A stretch of DNA of 64,000 nt. Origin: Clostridia bacterium. Lineage in GTDB: Bacteria; Bacillota; Clostridia; Oscillospirales; CAG-382. A model generated the notes under the pieces. The model was not told the DNA's origin. It worked only from the letters and a program-made list of their open reading frames with translations, and made no database searches. The stretch lies in contig JAFSNK010000021.1 of NCBI GenBank assembly GCA_017447445.1, forward strand, positions 122,514-186,513, written 5' to 3'. Position 1 is the first letter of the stretch; the number at the start of each line of letters is the position of its first letter. Position numbers and translations under genes: made by a program. Of the stretch, positions 1 through 9,598 are shown one piece after another.

Positions 1-469
<469 letters not shown>

Positions 470-557
470 TTATTTTTTTATTACGTTGTAATTATAACAT
501 AAGCGTTTTGGGTTTTCAACAATCAAAATGAATATATTTCTTTGCTTTTTACGCGTT

Positions 558-3500
558 TCAGTTGACCGATATAACCACTTCCATCGGTTCGGACCAGTCA
601 AGGTATTCGCTGTACGAGAAAGTGAATCTTACTTCGCCGGTATAATCCTTTTCGGGATAGTAATCGAACGAGCCGTCGTCGTTCACGCTCACGCTACCGT
701 GATCCGCGGCGATCTCCACGCGCATCTTGCGCATCACGCCGTCATCCGTAAAATTGAATTCGCCGTGGAACGGAACGTTCTTTTCGGATTTGTATTTTTC
801 CAGTTTGATCTTATCGGGGACCGTCTTAAGTTCCTGCTTTATGAAATGATACGTGCTGTCGTAAACGGTACGTCCCATATAGGTGTCGGAATTCGCCGCA
901 TCGTAATAGATCATACCGCCCTGATAGTACATATGTACGGCGTCCTTCATATACCCGTATTCTGTGCCGTAGCTTAGATACGCCATATATTTATCGAAGA
1001 ACAGCTCGTTGAACAGAGCTTCGTCGCAGATCTCGATCTCGATGCCCATATTGTAAAGCGCGGTAAGCTTTGCGCAGCTTATGAGGTTGGTTATCGGGGT
1101 GTGCGCTTTGAACACGTAGTTCGGCTGCATGCAGGCGATATCGAACCCGTACTGATCCCACGCGTCGTACCCCGGCGCGGTGAAATACGGGATCCAGTAG
1201 AAGGACTTCCCTACGCTGTGCGCCTTGTCGGCTACGGCGTTCATCAACTCTTTCGCGTTGGGATCTTTAAAGGTTATGTCCTCGTTCATCCAGTAATAGC
1301 CGACAAGCTTAAGGTTTTTGTAATTCGCTTCGGCAAACCGCTTTTCGCATTCATCTATGAACCAGTCGATGACCTTAACGCGGTTTTCGTAGACCGTAAG
1401 GTCTTCCGAAACTCCGTCGCCGTCTATATCGCCGAAGTTCGTGCGCTCCCAGCTCGGATACATAACGGTAAGCGTTACCTTATATTGGAAATCCTCGGGC
1501 AGCTTAAGCGCTTCTTTCACTTTTCCCGCGGCGGTCTCGAGAGCGTTCATATTGGATTTCTGGTCGTCAAACACGTCGACCATATACCAGTTCATATCGC
1601 CCTTTGTAACGTCCGCATAGGTCTTGTTTCCGGTGGGAAGCGAACCGGGCAGGAAGAGGAAGCTGTCGAACATAACGTCCTTAATATTCCCGTCTTTGTC
1701 GACATACGCGAGGTACGGGATAAGATGCTCTTCTTTATATTTTCTTTCCGGGGTGTTGTAAAGCAATACAAGATCGGTCAGACCGTCGAGAATATCCGCG
1801 GAAGGCGCCATACGCTCGCCCGAATAAACGTTGTAGGGCTCGAATCCCGCGCTTGCGAGCGCGGCGGCGCCGCCGAGCGATTTTGTGCCGTATACCTCGA
1901 ATTCATCTGCGCCCGCCCAGCCGTTAACGCCGAATTCGAACGCAACGTACCTCGCGCAGACGCTTCTGCCGAGATCGAGCTCGCGCTTGATCACCTGGCT
2001 GCCGGCGCCGGAAAGGTCTATCGTTCCGCAGTTATACCAGTTCTTCGCGTCTTCGGACAGCAACACGTTTACAGTCCCCGGTGCGTGGACAGCCCAATCC
2101 GGGAAATCCACGAAGCTCACGGTAAAGCTACGCACCGCGCTTACGTGTCCGAGGTCGAAATAGATCTTTCTGCCGGTGCCGCTCCAGAATTTAAAGAACC
2201 TGCCGTTGTGGATATCCGTATTCGGCGAATACTCGCCGTCGGTAAGCACCGGGCTGGTGATCGGGGTGTTGTTGTGGTCGCTGTATACTCCGGGATCGGA
2301 AAGCGCGCTTATCTGCGGATAAATACCTTTAATAAGGTTTTCCGTGTTTCCGGAAGCGTCCGGCCACGCGCCGGTATCGGTCTCGTCAAGCTTCACGTCG
2401 GGATAAAGCAGCGAGTCCTGATATTCGCGGTAGGCGTAGACCGCGCATTCTTCAATAAGCGCCGTCTTCGTATCGCGGGCGTAAACCGTCAACTCTATAT
2501 ATCTCGCGCTCACCGCGCCGTTCAGCGGAAGCACAAACGAATACGCGCCAATACTTTTAGTCGCCGACGGGAAGATATTGCCGAGCACGGTCGCGTTTTT
2601 ATCCTTGTCGAGCGCTACGACGCCGACAGCGGCGGGAAGGAAAGTACCCACGGCTGCGTTTGTGTAGCATTTTACTTCGACGGTCGCCACGTCGTTTACG
2701 GTCTCGCCCAGATCTATCGTTATCTTAACGTTCTGATTGCCTTCGAATCCTACCCAGGTGCCGCCTTCGTACACGCCGGAATAACGTCCGTCCGTAAGCA
2801 TCTCGTTTTTCTCGTCCGGGAAGTTCTTGTCCAGCTTGCCGTCTATTTTATAACTCTTGTTGCGTGAAACGAGCACTGGGAAAAGAGTGCGGTCGATAGC
2901 GGTCGTGCTGACCGGCGATCTCGGCGCGCCTATTTCGGAGTATACCTCCATTATCTGTTCGGCGAACGCGCTGTTGATATCGCTGCCCTCCACGTCGGCG
3001 ATGACCATCGCTTCGTCGAGGAACAGCCAGTAGCTCGAACCGCGAACGGAAAACCTTACGTATCTCGCGGCGACGTAGCTTTTAAGAGCGACGCTCGCTT
3101 CCTGGCGCTTGCCTTCCTCGAACTTGGCTCTCTTAAGCGTAACGGCTTTGCTCCAGTTCTCTCCGTCTTCGGAATACTGCGCCTTTACGTAGGAGGGAAT
3201 GTTTATCCCCGCCTTTGTGGTTGCGAGATACCCGAGCTTGAACATATAGATCTTATCGCAGACGCTGCCGAGGTCGATCTCTATCGTGAGCTCCTGGGCG
3301 CTCACCGCGTAGCCGCTCAACGATTCGTCGAAGTAGTTGTCGCTTTCCCCGTCAAGAAGTATTCCGTCGGTAAGCTCCGTACCGTAGGTATCGGGATAGG
3401 TGCCCTCATGCGGTTCCACGGATTTTTTATATGCGCATCCGGCCGAAATGACCGTCTGATACGCGCCTTCTCTTACAGACGTCGGCGAAGGCCCGTCGGG

Positions 3501-3650
3501 ATCAGAAGTTTCTCCTCCGGAAACGTTCCCTCCGGATTCCGCTGCTGATTGTTCGCCGGATTCGCCGCCGTCTGCGGGGCCGTTTTTGCAGGAGATCAAA
3601 AACGCCGGAAGCAGCAAGAGAACGGCGAGTAATAAAGCGATCTTTTTCAT
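558..3650 (-). CDS. Large lipoprotein: ~3 discoidin/F5-8C-like repeats + DUF4855-like domain + C-terminal Ig/Big_9-like module
   Basis: Lipobox LISC; three LTDG...IDLG/FDLG...ARY repeats; GYYWMNE, ACMQPNY, GIEIE motifs; HGSVSVNDDGSFDYYP at C-terminus. Confidence 0.75.
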   Translation of the reverse strand: MKKIALLLAVLLLLPAFLISCKNGPADGGESGEQSAAESGGNVSGGETSDPDGPSPTSVREGAYQTVISAGCAYKKSVEPHEGTYPDTYGTELTDGILLDGESDNYFDESLSGYAVSAQELTIEIDLGSVCDKIYMFKLGYLATTKAGINIPSYVKAQYSEDGENWSKAVTLKRAKFEEGKRQEASVALKSYVAARYVRFSVRGSSYWLFLDEAMVIADVEGSDINSAFAEQIMEVYSEIGAPRSPVSTTAIDRTLFPVLVSRNKSYKIDGKLDKNFPDEKNEMLTDGRYSGVYEGGTWVGFEGNQNVKITIDLGETVNDVATVEVKCYTNAAVGTFLPAAVGVVALDKDKNATVLGNIFPSATKSIGAYSFVLPLNGAVSARYIELTVYARDTKTALIEECAVYAYREYQDSLLYPDVKLDETDTGAWPDASGNTENLIKGIYPQISALSDPGVYSDHNNTPITSPVLTDGEYSPNTDIHNGRFFKFWSGTGRKIYFDLGHVSAVRSFTVSFVDFPDWAVHAPGTVNVLLSEDAKNWYNCGTIDLSGAGSQVIKRELDLGRSVCARYVAFEFGVNGWAGADEFEVYGTKSLGGAAALASAGFEPYNVYSGERMAPSADILDGLTDLVLLYNTPERKYKEEHLIPYLAYVDKDGNIKDVMFDSFLFLPGSLPTGNKTYADVTKGDMNWYMVDVFDDQKSNMNALETAAGKVKEALKLPEDFQYKVTLTVMYPSWERTNFGDIDGDGVSEDLTVYENRVKVIDWFIDECEKRFAEANYKNLKLVGYYWMNEDITFKDPNAKELMNAVADKAHSVGKSFYWIPYFTAPGYDAWDQYGFDIACMQPNYVFKAHTPITNLISCAKLTALYNMGIEIEICDEALFNELFFDKYMAYLSYGTEYGYMKDAVHMYYQGGMIYYDAANSDTYMGRTVYDSTYHFIKQELKTVPDKIKLEKYKSEKNVPFHGEFNFTDDGVMRKMRVEIAADHGSVSVNDDGSFDYYPEKDYTGEVRFTFSYSEYLDWSEPMEVVISVN

Positions 3651-3713
3651 TGAATGTCGCTCCTTTTGAAATTTGTACTTACATTATAACACATTATTTT
3701 GCGTTTGTCACTA

Positions 3714-4814
3714 TTAATTTGCGCTTATTTCTTCATCGGAAGGGGGTATCACTACGGTGAATCGGCTTCCCCACCCCTTCTTGCTCTCGACGGAAATACT
3801 GCCGCGATGAAGGTCCGCGATGCTTTTTACTATCGCCATCCCCAATCCGCTGCCGTCGGAAGACGAGCTGTTCTTTCCGCGGTAAAACCTGTCGAACACG
3901 TGCTCGCGCGTTTCATCGTCCATTCCGGCGCCGTTGTCGCTGATAATAAACACCGTGCCCTTTTCATTGTTGAAAAGCCGTATGGAGATCGTCCCGCCGG
4001 TCTCGCTGTACTTAACCGCGTTGTCGATGAGATTGCTCCACGCCTCCGCTATAAGGTCGGGATTGCCGTAGCAGGTCGTATTTCGTATATTAAGGTCCAG
4101 ATTAAGGTCCTTTTCTTTCAGCTTTTCGTCAAAGGTGATAAGCGCTTTATACAGCCGTTCGTCGGCGGCGAATTCGGACATCGCGCAATCCTCGCTGCCG
4201 CGCTCGATTTTTGAGATTTCAAGTATGTTGTTTACAAGACGCGAAAGCGCAAGCGATTTTTCGCGAATGATCGCGACGTATTCCCTGCGCTGTTCTTCGC
4301 CGAGATCCGGATCCTCCAGAAGCTGCGAATAGCCGACTATCGAGGAAAGCGGGTTGCGGAACTGGTGAGAAACGTTCGAAATAAAATTGCGCGAGATCAT
4401 TTCGTTCCTGCCTAGTCTGTCGACCATTTCGTTGAACGATTCGCATATCTCGGCGGTCTCTTTTTCTTTCGCCGGCTTCAGTCTTTGGGTAAAATCGCCG
4501 GCGGCGACCGCTTTGGAAGCGTCTTTTATCTGCCTTAAACTGCCGAACAGTATCCGGTTGCCCAGGCCGCCGACAAGACTTGTAGAAATAACGACGCAGA
4601 ACAGCAGCATAAGCACCGCCGCCCACATAAAGTTCAGTTCGAAAATTATCCCGAACCTGAAAAGGATGTAATAAACGAGCAGCAGTATCCCGGAGGTGCC
4701 GCCGACGACGGCGAGAATGAACAGCGTGAGATAAACGACCATCGGCGTTTTATTCTTCACGTTGCCGAACTGCTTTGCGATCGCTTCTTTTCTGGAGGTA
4801 TGATTCTCTTTCAT
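3714..4814 (-). CDS. Sensor histidine kinase (HAMP-HisKA-HATPase), HssS-like
   Basis: 2 TM, NVSHQFRNPL H-box, NLIDNAVKY, DNGAGM, GSGLGMAI. Confidence 0.9.
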   Translation of the reverse strand: MKENHTSRKEAIAKQFGNVKNKTPMVVYLTLFILAVVGGTSGILLLVYYILFRFGIIFELNFMWAAVLMLLFCVVISTSLVGGLGNRILFGSLRQIKDASKAVAAGDFTQRLKPAKEKETAEICESFNEMVDRLGRNEMISRNFISNVSHQFRNPLSSIVGYSQLLEDPDLGEEQRREYVAIIREKSLALSRLVNNILEISKIERGSEDCAMSEFAADERLYKALITFDEKLKEKDLNLDLNIRNTTCYGNPDLIAEAWSNLIDNAVKYSETGGTISIRLFNNEKGTVFIISDNGAGMDDETREHVFDRFYRGKNSSSSDGSGLGMAIVKSIADLHRGSISVESKKGWGSRFTVVIPPSDEEISAN

Positions 4815-5485
4815 TTTATCACTGCCTTGTAACCGATGCCGCGCACCGTCTCTATCGAAAAATCGGGATTGTTCTCATAACGCGATCTAAGCTTGCTTAT
4901 ATGGACGTTGATCGTTTTCTCGTCGCTTTCCGATTCATAACCCCATATCTCGTCCATTATCTCGAATCTCGTAAACACCCTGTCCGGATAGGAAAGCAGT
5001 TTGAACAGCAGCAAAAATTCTTTCTGCGGCAGAGTCACGCTCGCGCCGTCCGCCTCGGTAACGGTGTACGCGTCGGAATCAAGCACGGTAGAACCGATAA
5101 CTATCCTGCGTTCGTTGGATATTTTGCTTCGGCGCAGGAGCGCGTTCACGCGAAGCACGAGCTCCTTTATGTCGATCGGCTTTACCATATAATCGTCCGC
5201 GCCGAGATTGAACCCTTTGCTTTTATCGCTGAACGTCCCTTTCGCCGTGATGAAAAGCACAGGCAGGTTGTTGTTCACCGAGCGCAGGGATTCCAGAAGC
5301 TCGTATCCGTCTATTTCCGGCATCATTATATCGCTCACGAGCATATCTATATGCGCGCAGTCGAACTGCATAAGCGCTTCCCTGCCGTCGAACGCGGCGA
5401 TAACGTTGTGCCCGTCGTTCCTCAGTACGGTGGAAATAAGGTTGTTAAGCGATTTGTCGTCCTCGCACACGAGAATATTCGGCAT
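4811..5485 (-). CDS. OmpR-family response regulator, HssR-like
   Basis: CEDD, DIMMP, KP, winged helix ETVRGIGY; overlaps kinase start. Confidence 0.92.
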   Translation of the reverse strand: MPNILVCEDDKSLNNLISTVLRNDGHNVIAAFDGREALMQFDCAHIDMLVSDIMMPEIDGYELLESLRSVNNNLPVLFITAKGTFSDKSKGFNLGADDYMVKPIDIKELVLRVNALLRRSKISNERRIVIGSTVLDSDAYTVTEADGASVTLPQKEFLLLFKLLSYPDRVFTRFEIMDEIWGYESESDEKTINVHISKLRSRYENNPDFSIETVRGIGYKAVIK

Positions 5486-5553
5486 TCCGGACCTCCTTCG
5501 TCAATTTCAAAACGAACGGGTGCTTTGCCGATAACAAAGCACCCGTACCGTTG

Positions 5554-5778
5554 TCATACGTTTTCTTCGAGATAAGCGGCGACGTCGCCCACGGTAAGAA
5601 GACCGGGAAGCGCCGTTTCGTCGAACACGACGTTGAATCTTTCTTCGCAGAGGACCACGAGATCCGCGAGTTCAAGCGAGTTGAATCCAAGGTCGTTCAT
5701 CAATTCCGCGTCAGGGTTGATCAGATCGGCATTGATATCCATTTCTTCAACGAGCAGCTCTTTAAGTTTTGAATACAT
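5554..5778 (-). CDS. Acyl carrier protein
   Basis: Small acidic protein, DLGFNSLE pantetheine-site motif; start set at MYSKL. Confidence 0.85.
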   Translation of the reverse strand: MYSKLKELLVEEMDINADLINPDAELMNDLGFNSLELADLVVLCEERFNVVFDETALPGLLTVGDVAAYLEENV

Positions 5779-5796
5779 ATGTAGTTTCCCCACTCC

Positions 5797-7509
5797 TTAA
5801 GATAACTTATATCGTATTATTTTTTGCGTAGTTGTTTTTTCGAACTCGCTCTTTTTGAGCTCGATATTGCGCACCTGCTTGAATATCGGGAGCTTTTTGT
5901 TTATCCCCGCGACGCGTGCGCGTATGCAGTCGACTATCTCATCCTCGGACTTGCCCTTGAATTTATCGAAATCGGGGTAAATAAGCGCGGTAAGCACGAC
6001 TTCGCCGCCCTCTTTCGTCCTTCCGACGACGACGCACTCTTTGATTTCCTCGATCTTTTCGAGATATTCCTCTATCTCCTCCGGGTAAACGTTCTTGCCG
6101 TTCTGCAGAACGATAATGTTCTTTTTGCGCCCGGTGATGAAGATATATCCCTTTTCGTTAACGTAGCCGAAATCGCCGGTCTTGAAATAGCCCTCTTCGG
6201 TGAAAGAAGCGACAGTCGCTTCCTCGCTGTTATAATAGCCGATCATAACGTTGCGGCCTTTAACGCAAATCTCGCCGATCTCGCCGCATGAAAGCTCGTA
6301 TTCGTTGCCGCTTTCGTCGGTATCTATTATTTTTACCTTGCTGCCGGGTATCGGCATTCCGACGCAGGCGGGATCGAGCGTTACAAGCGGATTTACCGCG
6401 ACAAGCGGGGCGCATTCGGTAATACCGTACCCCTGCGAGACCTGGATGCCTATATCCGCGAACCAGTTGATCGTATCGGCGTCTATCGCGGCGCCGCCGA
6501 CGATTATATCCTTTAATCTGCCGCCGAGCGGAGCCCTTATCTTGGAAAACAGGAGCTTGCGGGTATCCAGCCCGATCTTTCCTATCAGGCGCGAAGTTTT
6601 GACACCGGCGTTCACGAGCTTTTCGAGTTTGCGCTTTTTGATCTCTTCCTGTATCTTCTTGCGTATCGTCACGACGAACAGCGGGACCAGCACCATGGCG
6701 GTCGGCTGGAACAAAGCGACGTTCTTCATGAAATACTTCAAGCTGTTGTTGATGCAAATGGTGAGCCCCAGACGAAGCGCAGTTAACTGCCCGCAGGACG
6801 TCTCGTAAGTATGGTGCATGGGAAGCACGCTCAACAGCACCGTATCCGGCGAAAAGCAGATCATATTAGAAGCGGCGTAGATGTTTTCGAGCAGGTTGTC
6901 TTCCGAAAGCATAACTCCCTTGCTCGTTCCGGTGGTACCGGAAGTGAATATAAGCGCCGACATTTTGTTTTTGTCGAACCGTATCGTCCTGAAATGATTG
7001 TCGTCTGTATCGGCGCGCGCGGTGAGCTCGGAGAAATAACGTATGCGTTTATCGGACCCGCCTTCTTCGGGGCTGCCGTCGAACGAAATGATGTATTTCA
7101 ATCCGGGCAGATCCATCGACATTACGGCCGAAATATATTTATCCGAGCAGATAACGGCTTCCGCGCCGGAATAATTTATAAAGTTTTCGACCTGCGCGGG
7201 CATAAGCTCTTTATCGAGAGGAACGATAACGTTGCCGCTGCTGATGCAGGAGCAATACGCGATTATCCATTCGGGGCGGTTTTCCGCAAGCAGCGCTATC
7301 TTTGTTTTGGAAAGCCCCAGGTTAAGAATACTTTCGCCGAACGCTTTGAAAAGCGCGTATACGCGCTTGTACGACATTTCGAGTATATTGTTGTTCTTGT
7401 CGAAATATTTATAGGCGATCTTGTCGCCGTTGTTTATCGAAGCGTCGCGCAGGACGGCGCGTATGCTTTCCGGTCTTTCCAGTTTTTCTTCTATAACGAC
7501 GTTTTTCAT
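5797..7509 (-). CDS. Long-chain fatty acid-CoA/ACP ligase (AMP-binding)
   Basis: FTSGTTGTSKG, QGYGITE, FKTGD, NGKNVYPEEIE; start may be 7524. Confidence 0.88.
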   Translation of the reverse strand: MKNVVIEEKLERPESIRAVLRDASINNGDKIAYKYFDKNNNILEMSYKRVYALFKAFGESILNLGLSKTKIALLAENRPEWIIAYCSCISSGNVIVPLDKELMPAQVENFINYSGAEAVICSDKYISAVMSMDLPGLKYIISFDGSPEEGGSDKRIRYFSELTARADTDDNHFRTIRFDKNKMSALIFTSGTTGTSKGVMLSEDNLLENIYAASNMICFSPDTVLLSVLPMHHTYETSCGQLTALRLGLTICINNSLKYFMKNVALFQPTAMVLVPLFVVTIRKKIQEEIKKRKLEKLVNAGVKTSRLIGKIGLDTRKLLFSKIRAPLGGRLKDIIVGGAAIDADTINWFADIGIQVSQGYGITECAPLVAVNPLVTLDPACVGMPIPGSKVKIIDTDESGNEYELSCGEIGEICVKGRNVMIGYYNSEEATVASFTEEGYFKTGDFGYVNEKGYIFITGRKKNIIVLQNGKNVYPEEIEEYLEKIEEIKECVVVGRTKEGGEVVLTALIYPDFDKFKGKSEDEIVDCIRARVAGINKKLPIFKQVRNIELKKSEFEKTTTQKIIRYKLS

Positions 7510-7718
7510 TAATTCACATCCCATTCCTTATAGAATTATACTTATTCTCGCCCCGTTGTCAAGTATGAATCGCAAAAAAACGAAATACGGCGAAAAATAC
7601 AAAACAAAATTCAACGGATACCATTGTAGTTTCGTATTGTTAACTCTTGATTAACTATCCGCGAATAAAAAAACTTTCGCGTGAAAGAATACTAACGAGA
7701 AAACGCAAAGAGGTAGAA

Positions 7719-8153
7719 ATGGACAACAAACAGTACGGCGAATACGTAAAATCGCGCGAGAAGCGTTCCCCGATCGTGAAAAACTGTTTCAACGCGTTTA
7801 TAACCGGAGGAACGATATGCCTTGCGGGCGAGCTTCTGGCGTTCGGCTACGAAAGCGCGGGCGCTTCAGCGGAAGACGCGCCGCTTTACGTGCTTTTAAC
7901 GCTTATTCTCTTATCGGGCGTGTTCACGGGGATCGGTTTTTACGATAAGATCGCGAAGTTCGGCGGCGGAGGGGCGCTTGTGCCGATAACGGGGTTTGCC
8001 AACGCGATGGCGGCTTCGGCGACCGAAAGCCGCACGGAGGGGCTGGTCAACGGGACGGCGGTAAATCTTTACAGAATAGCCGGCCCCGTGATAGTGTTCG
8101 GCACCTCGGCGTCGGTGATATACGGCGTGATATATTATTTTTTCGGAGGTTGA
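7719..8153 (+). CDS. spoVAC: Stage V sporulation protein AC
   Basis: NCFNAFITGGTIC, GGGALVPITGFAN, IAGPVIVFG; GAGG RBS. Confidence 0.9.
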   Translation: MDNKQYGEYVKSREKRSPIVKNCFNAFITGGTICLAGELLAFGYESAGASAEDAPLYVLLTLILLSGVFTGIGFYDKIAKFGGGGALVPITGFANAMAASATESRTEGLVNGTAVNLYRIAGPVIVFGTSASVIYGVIYYFFGG

Positions 8154-8162
8154 AAACCGTTT

Positions 8163-9161
8163 ATGCGCGACGCTCTTCTGGAATTCAGCAAGACCTTTCT
8201 GAAAGCTGAATGCTCCACCGTAGGCAAAAAGGAATACGAAGGACCGCTTTCGGATTATTTCGACTCCTGGGAAAAGGATGAATATTTCGGCTGCAGGAGC
8301 TTCGACGAGGCGGAAAGCGAAATGTCGCGCAGGAATATAAACTTCCTGCTTTCCAAGGCGCGGTATTCATACGGTGATATCGACGTTATCTGCGGCGGCG
8401 ACCTGCTGAACCAGTGCGTCGCGACAAGCTTTGCCGCTTCCGGCACGGGGATACCGTATTTCGGTCTTTACGGCGCGTGCAGTACGATAGCGGAAGCTTT
8501 TATATGCTCGGCGCTGTTTATCGAAACCGGAGGCGCGCACAACGCGGTGGGCTTCGCTTCATCGCATTTTTGCTCCGCCGAACGGCAGTACCGCTTCCCT
8601 CTTGAATACGGCAGTACGCGCACTCCCACGGCGCAGAACACGGTTACGGGGTCGGGGGCGTATCTGTTCACTTCGGACAGATGCGGCGTTCGCGTTAAAA
8701 ACGCGCTGATAGGCAGGATAATCGACAAAGAGATAACCGACGCCAACAATATGGGCGCGGCAATGGCGGGCGCGGCGGCGGACACCGTTTTGCGTTACCG
8801 CGCCGCCTCGAAAGACGAAATGGATTCGTTCGACTATATAATAACGGGAGATCTCGGACGGGAAGGACACGAAATAGCCGCGGAGCTGCTGCGCAGGCAG
8901 GGATTCACCGCGGGGAGCAGATTCGTGGACTGCGGTATGCTCATATACGACGCCGAAAAGCAGGACGTGCATTCGGGAGGTTCCGGAGCGGGATGTATGT
9001 CTTCGGTGCTCGGTGCGTATTTTATAAGCAGGATGCGGCGTGGCGAGATAAAAAGGATACTCGCGGTAGGTACCGGAGCGCTGCTCAACCCGAACAGCGT
9101 CCTGCAGAAAAAGACCATACCCGCCGTCGCACACGCGGTATGCTTTGAGAGGGAGGATTGA
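8163..9161 (+). CDS. spoVAD: Stage V sporulation protein AD (DPA-binding)
   Basis: GDLLNQC, GLYGACST, AERQYRFPLEYG, NNMGAAMA, GGSGAGC. Confidence 0.93.
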   Translation: MRDALLEFSKTFLKAECSTVGKKEYEGPLSDYFDSWEKDEYFGCRSFDEAESEMSRRNINFLLSKARYSYGDIDVICGGDLLNQCVATSFAASGTGIPYFGLYGACSTIAEAFICSALFIETGGAHNAVGFASSHFCSAERQYRFPLEYGSTRTPTAQNTVTGSGAYLFTSDRCGVRVKNALIGRIIDKEITDANNMGAAMAGAAADTVLRYRAASKDEMDSFDYIITGDLGREGHEIAAELLRRQGFTAGSRFVDCGMLIYDAEKQDVHSGGSGAGCMSSVLGAYFISRMRRGEIKRILAVGTGALLNPNSVLQKKTIPAVAHAVCFERED

Positions 9162-9517
9162 ATATGCGTTTTCTGCGGGCGTTTTTGATCGGCGGAGCGC
9201 TTTGCGTTCCCGCGCAGATACTCATAGATAAAACAAAGCTTATGAATTCGCGCATACTCACCGGGTACGTCGTTTTGGGAGTAATACTCGGCGGCGCGGG
9301 TATTTACGGAGCTTTTGCCGATTTCGCGGGCAGCGGCGCTTACGTACCGCTTTTCGGATTCGGGAACACGCTGGCGAAAGGCGTTAAGGAAGCGATAGAC
9401 AGCGACGGCGCCATCGGGATCCTCACGGGAGGTCTTACGGGAGCCGCCGCGGGGATAACCGCCGCGACTTTTTTAAGCGTTTTGTGGTCGCTTATCTTCA
9501 AAAGTCGACAAAAATAA
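9158..9517 (+). CDS. spoVAE: Stage V sporulation protein AE(b)
   Basis: AFLIGGALC..AQILIDKT; GAYVPLFGFG; follows spoVAD. Confidence 0.88.
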   Translation: MNMRFLRAFLIGGALCVPAQILIDKTKLMNSRILTGYVVLGVILGGAGIYGAFADFAGSGAYVPLFGFGNTLAKGVKEAIDSDGAIGILTGGLTGAAAGITAATFLSVLWSLIFKSRQK

Positions 9518-9538
9518 TACAAAAACGCGCATTTTCTA

Positions 9539-9567
9539 TTGACCAAATCCCTACGATGTTTTATAAT
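9539..9567 (+). promoter_or_regulatory. Sigma-A promoter of MMPL gene
   Basis: TTGACC-17-TATAAT. Confidence 0.7.
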
Positions 9568-9598
9568 CTTTTCATCAGCAGCATATCAGAGGAAAGTT

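Noticed and set aside
1101-2867. Long antisense ORFs (also 20625-22283, 29432-30766, 39911-41557, 60135-61325)
   Set aside because: Shadows of well-supported genes on the opposite strand, expected from codon bias; no motifs or RBS
7663-7694. Possible sigma-G/F promoter for spoVA (GAATA...AATACTA)
   Set aside because: The 20-bp spacing does not fit the consensus; cannot be supported
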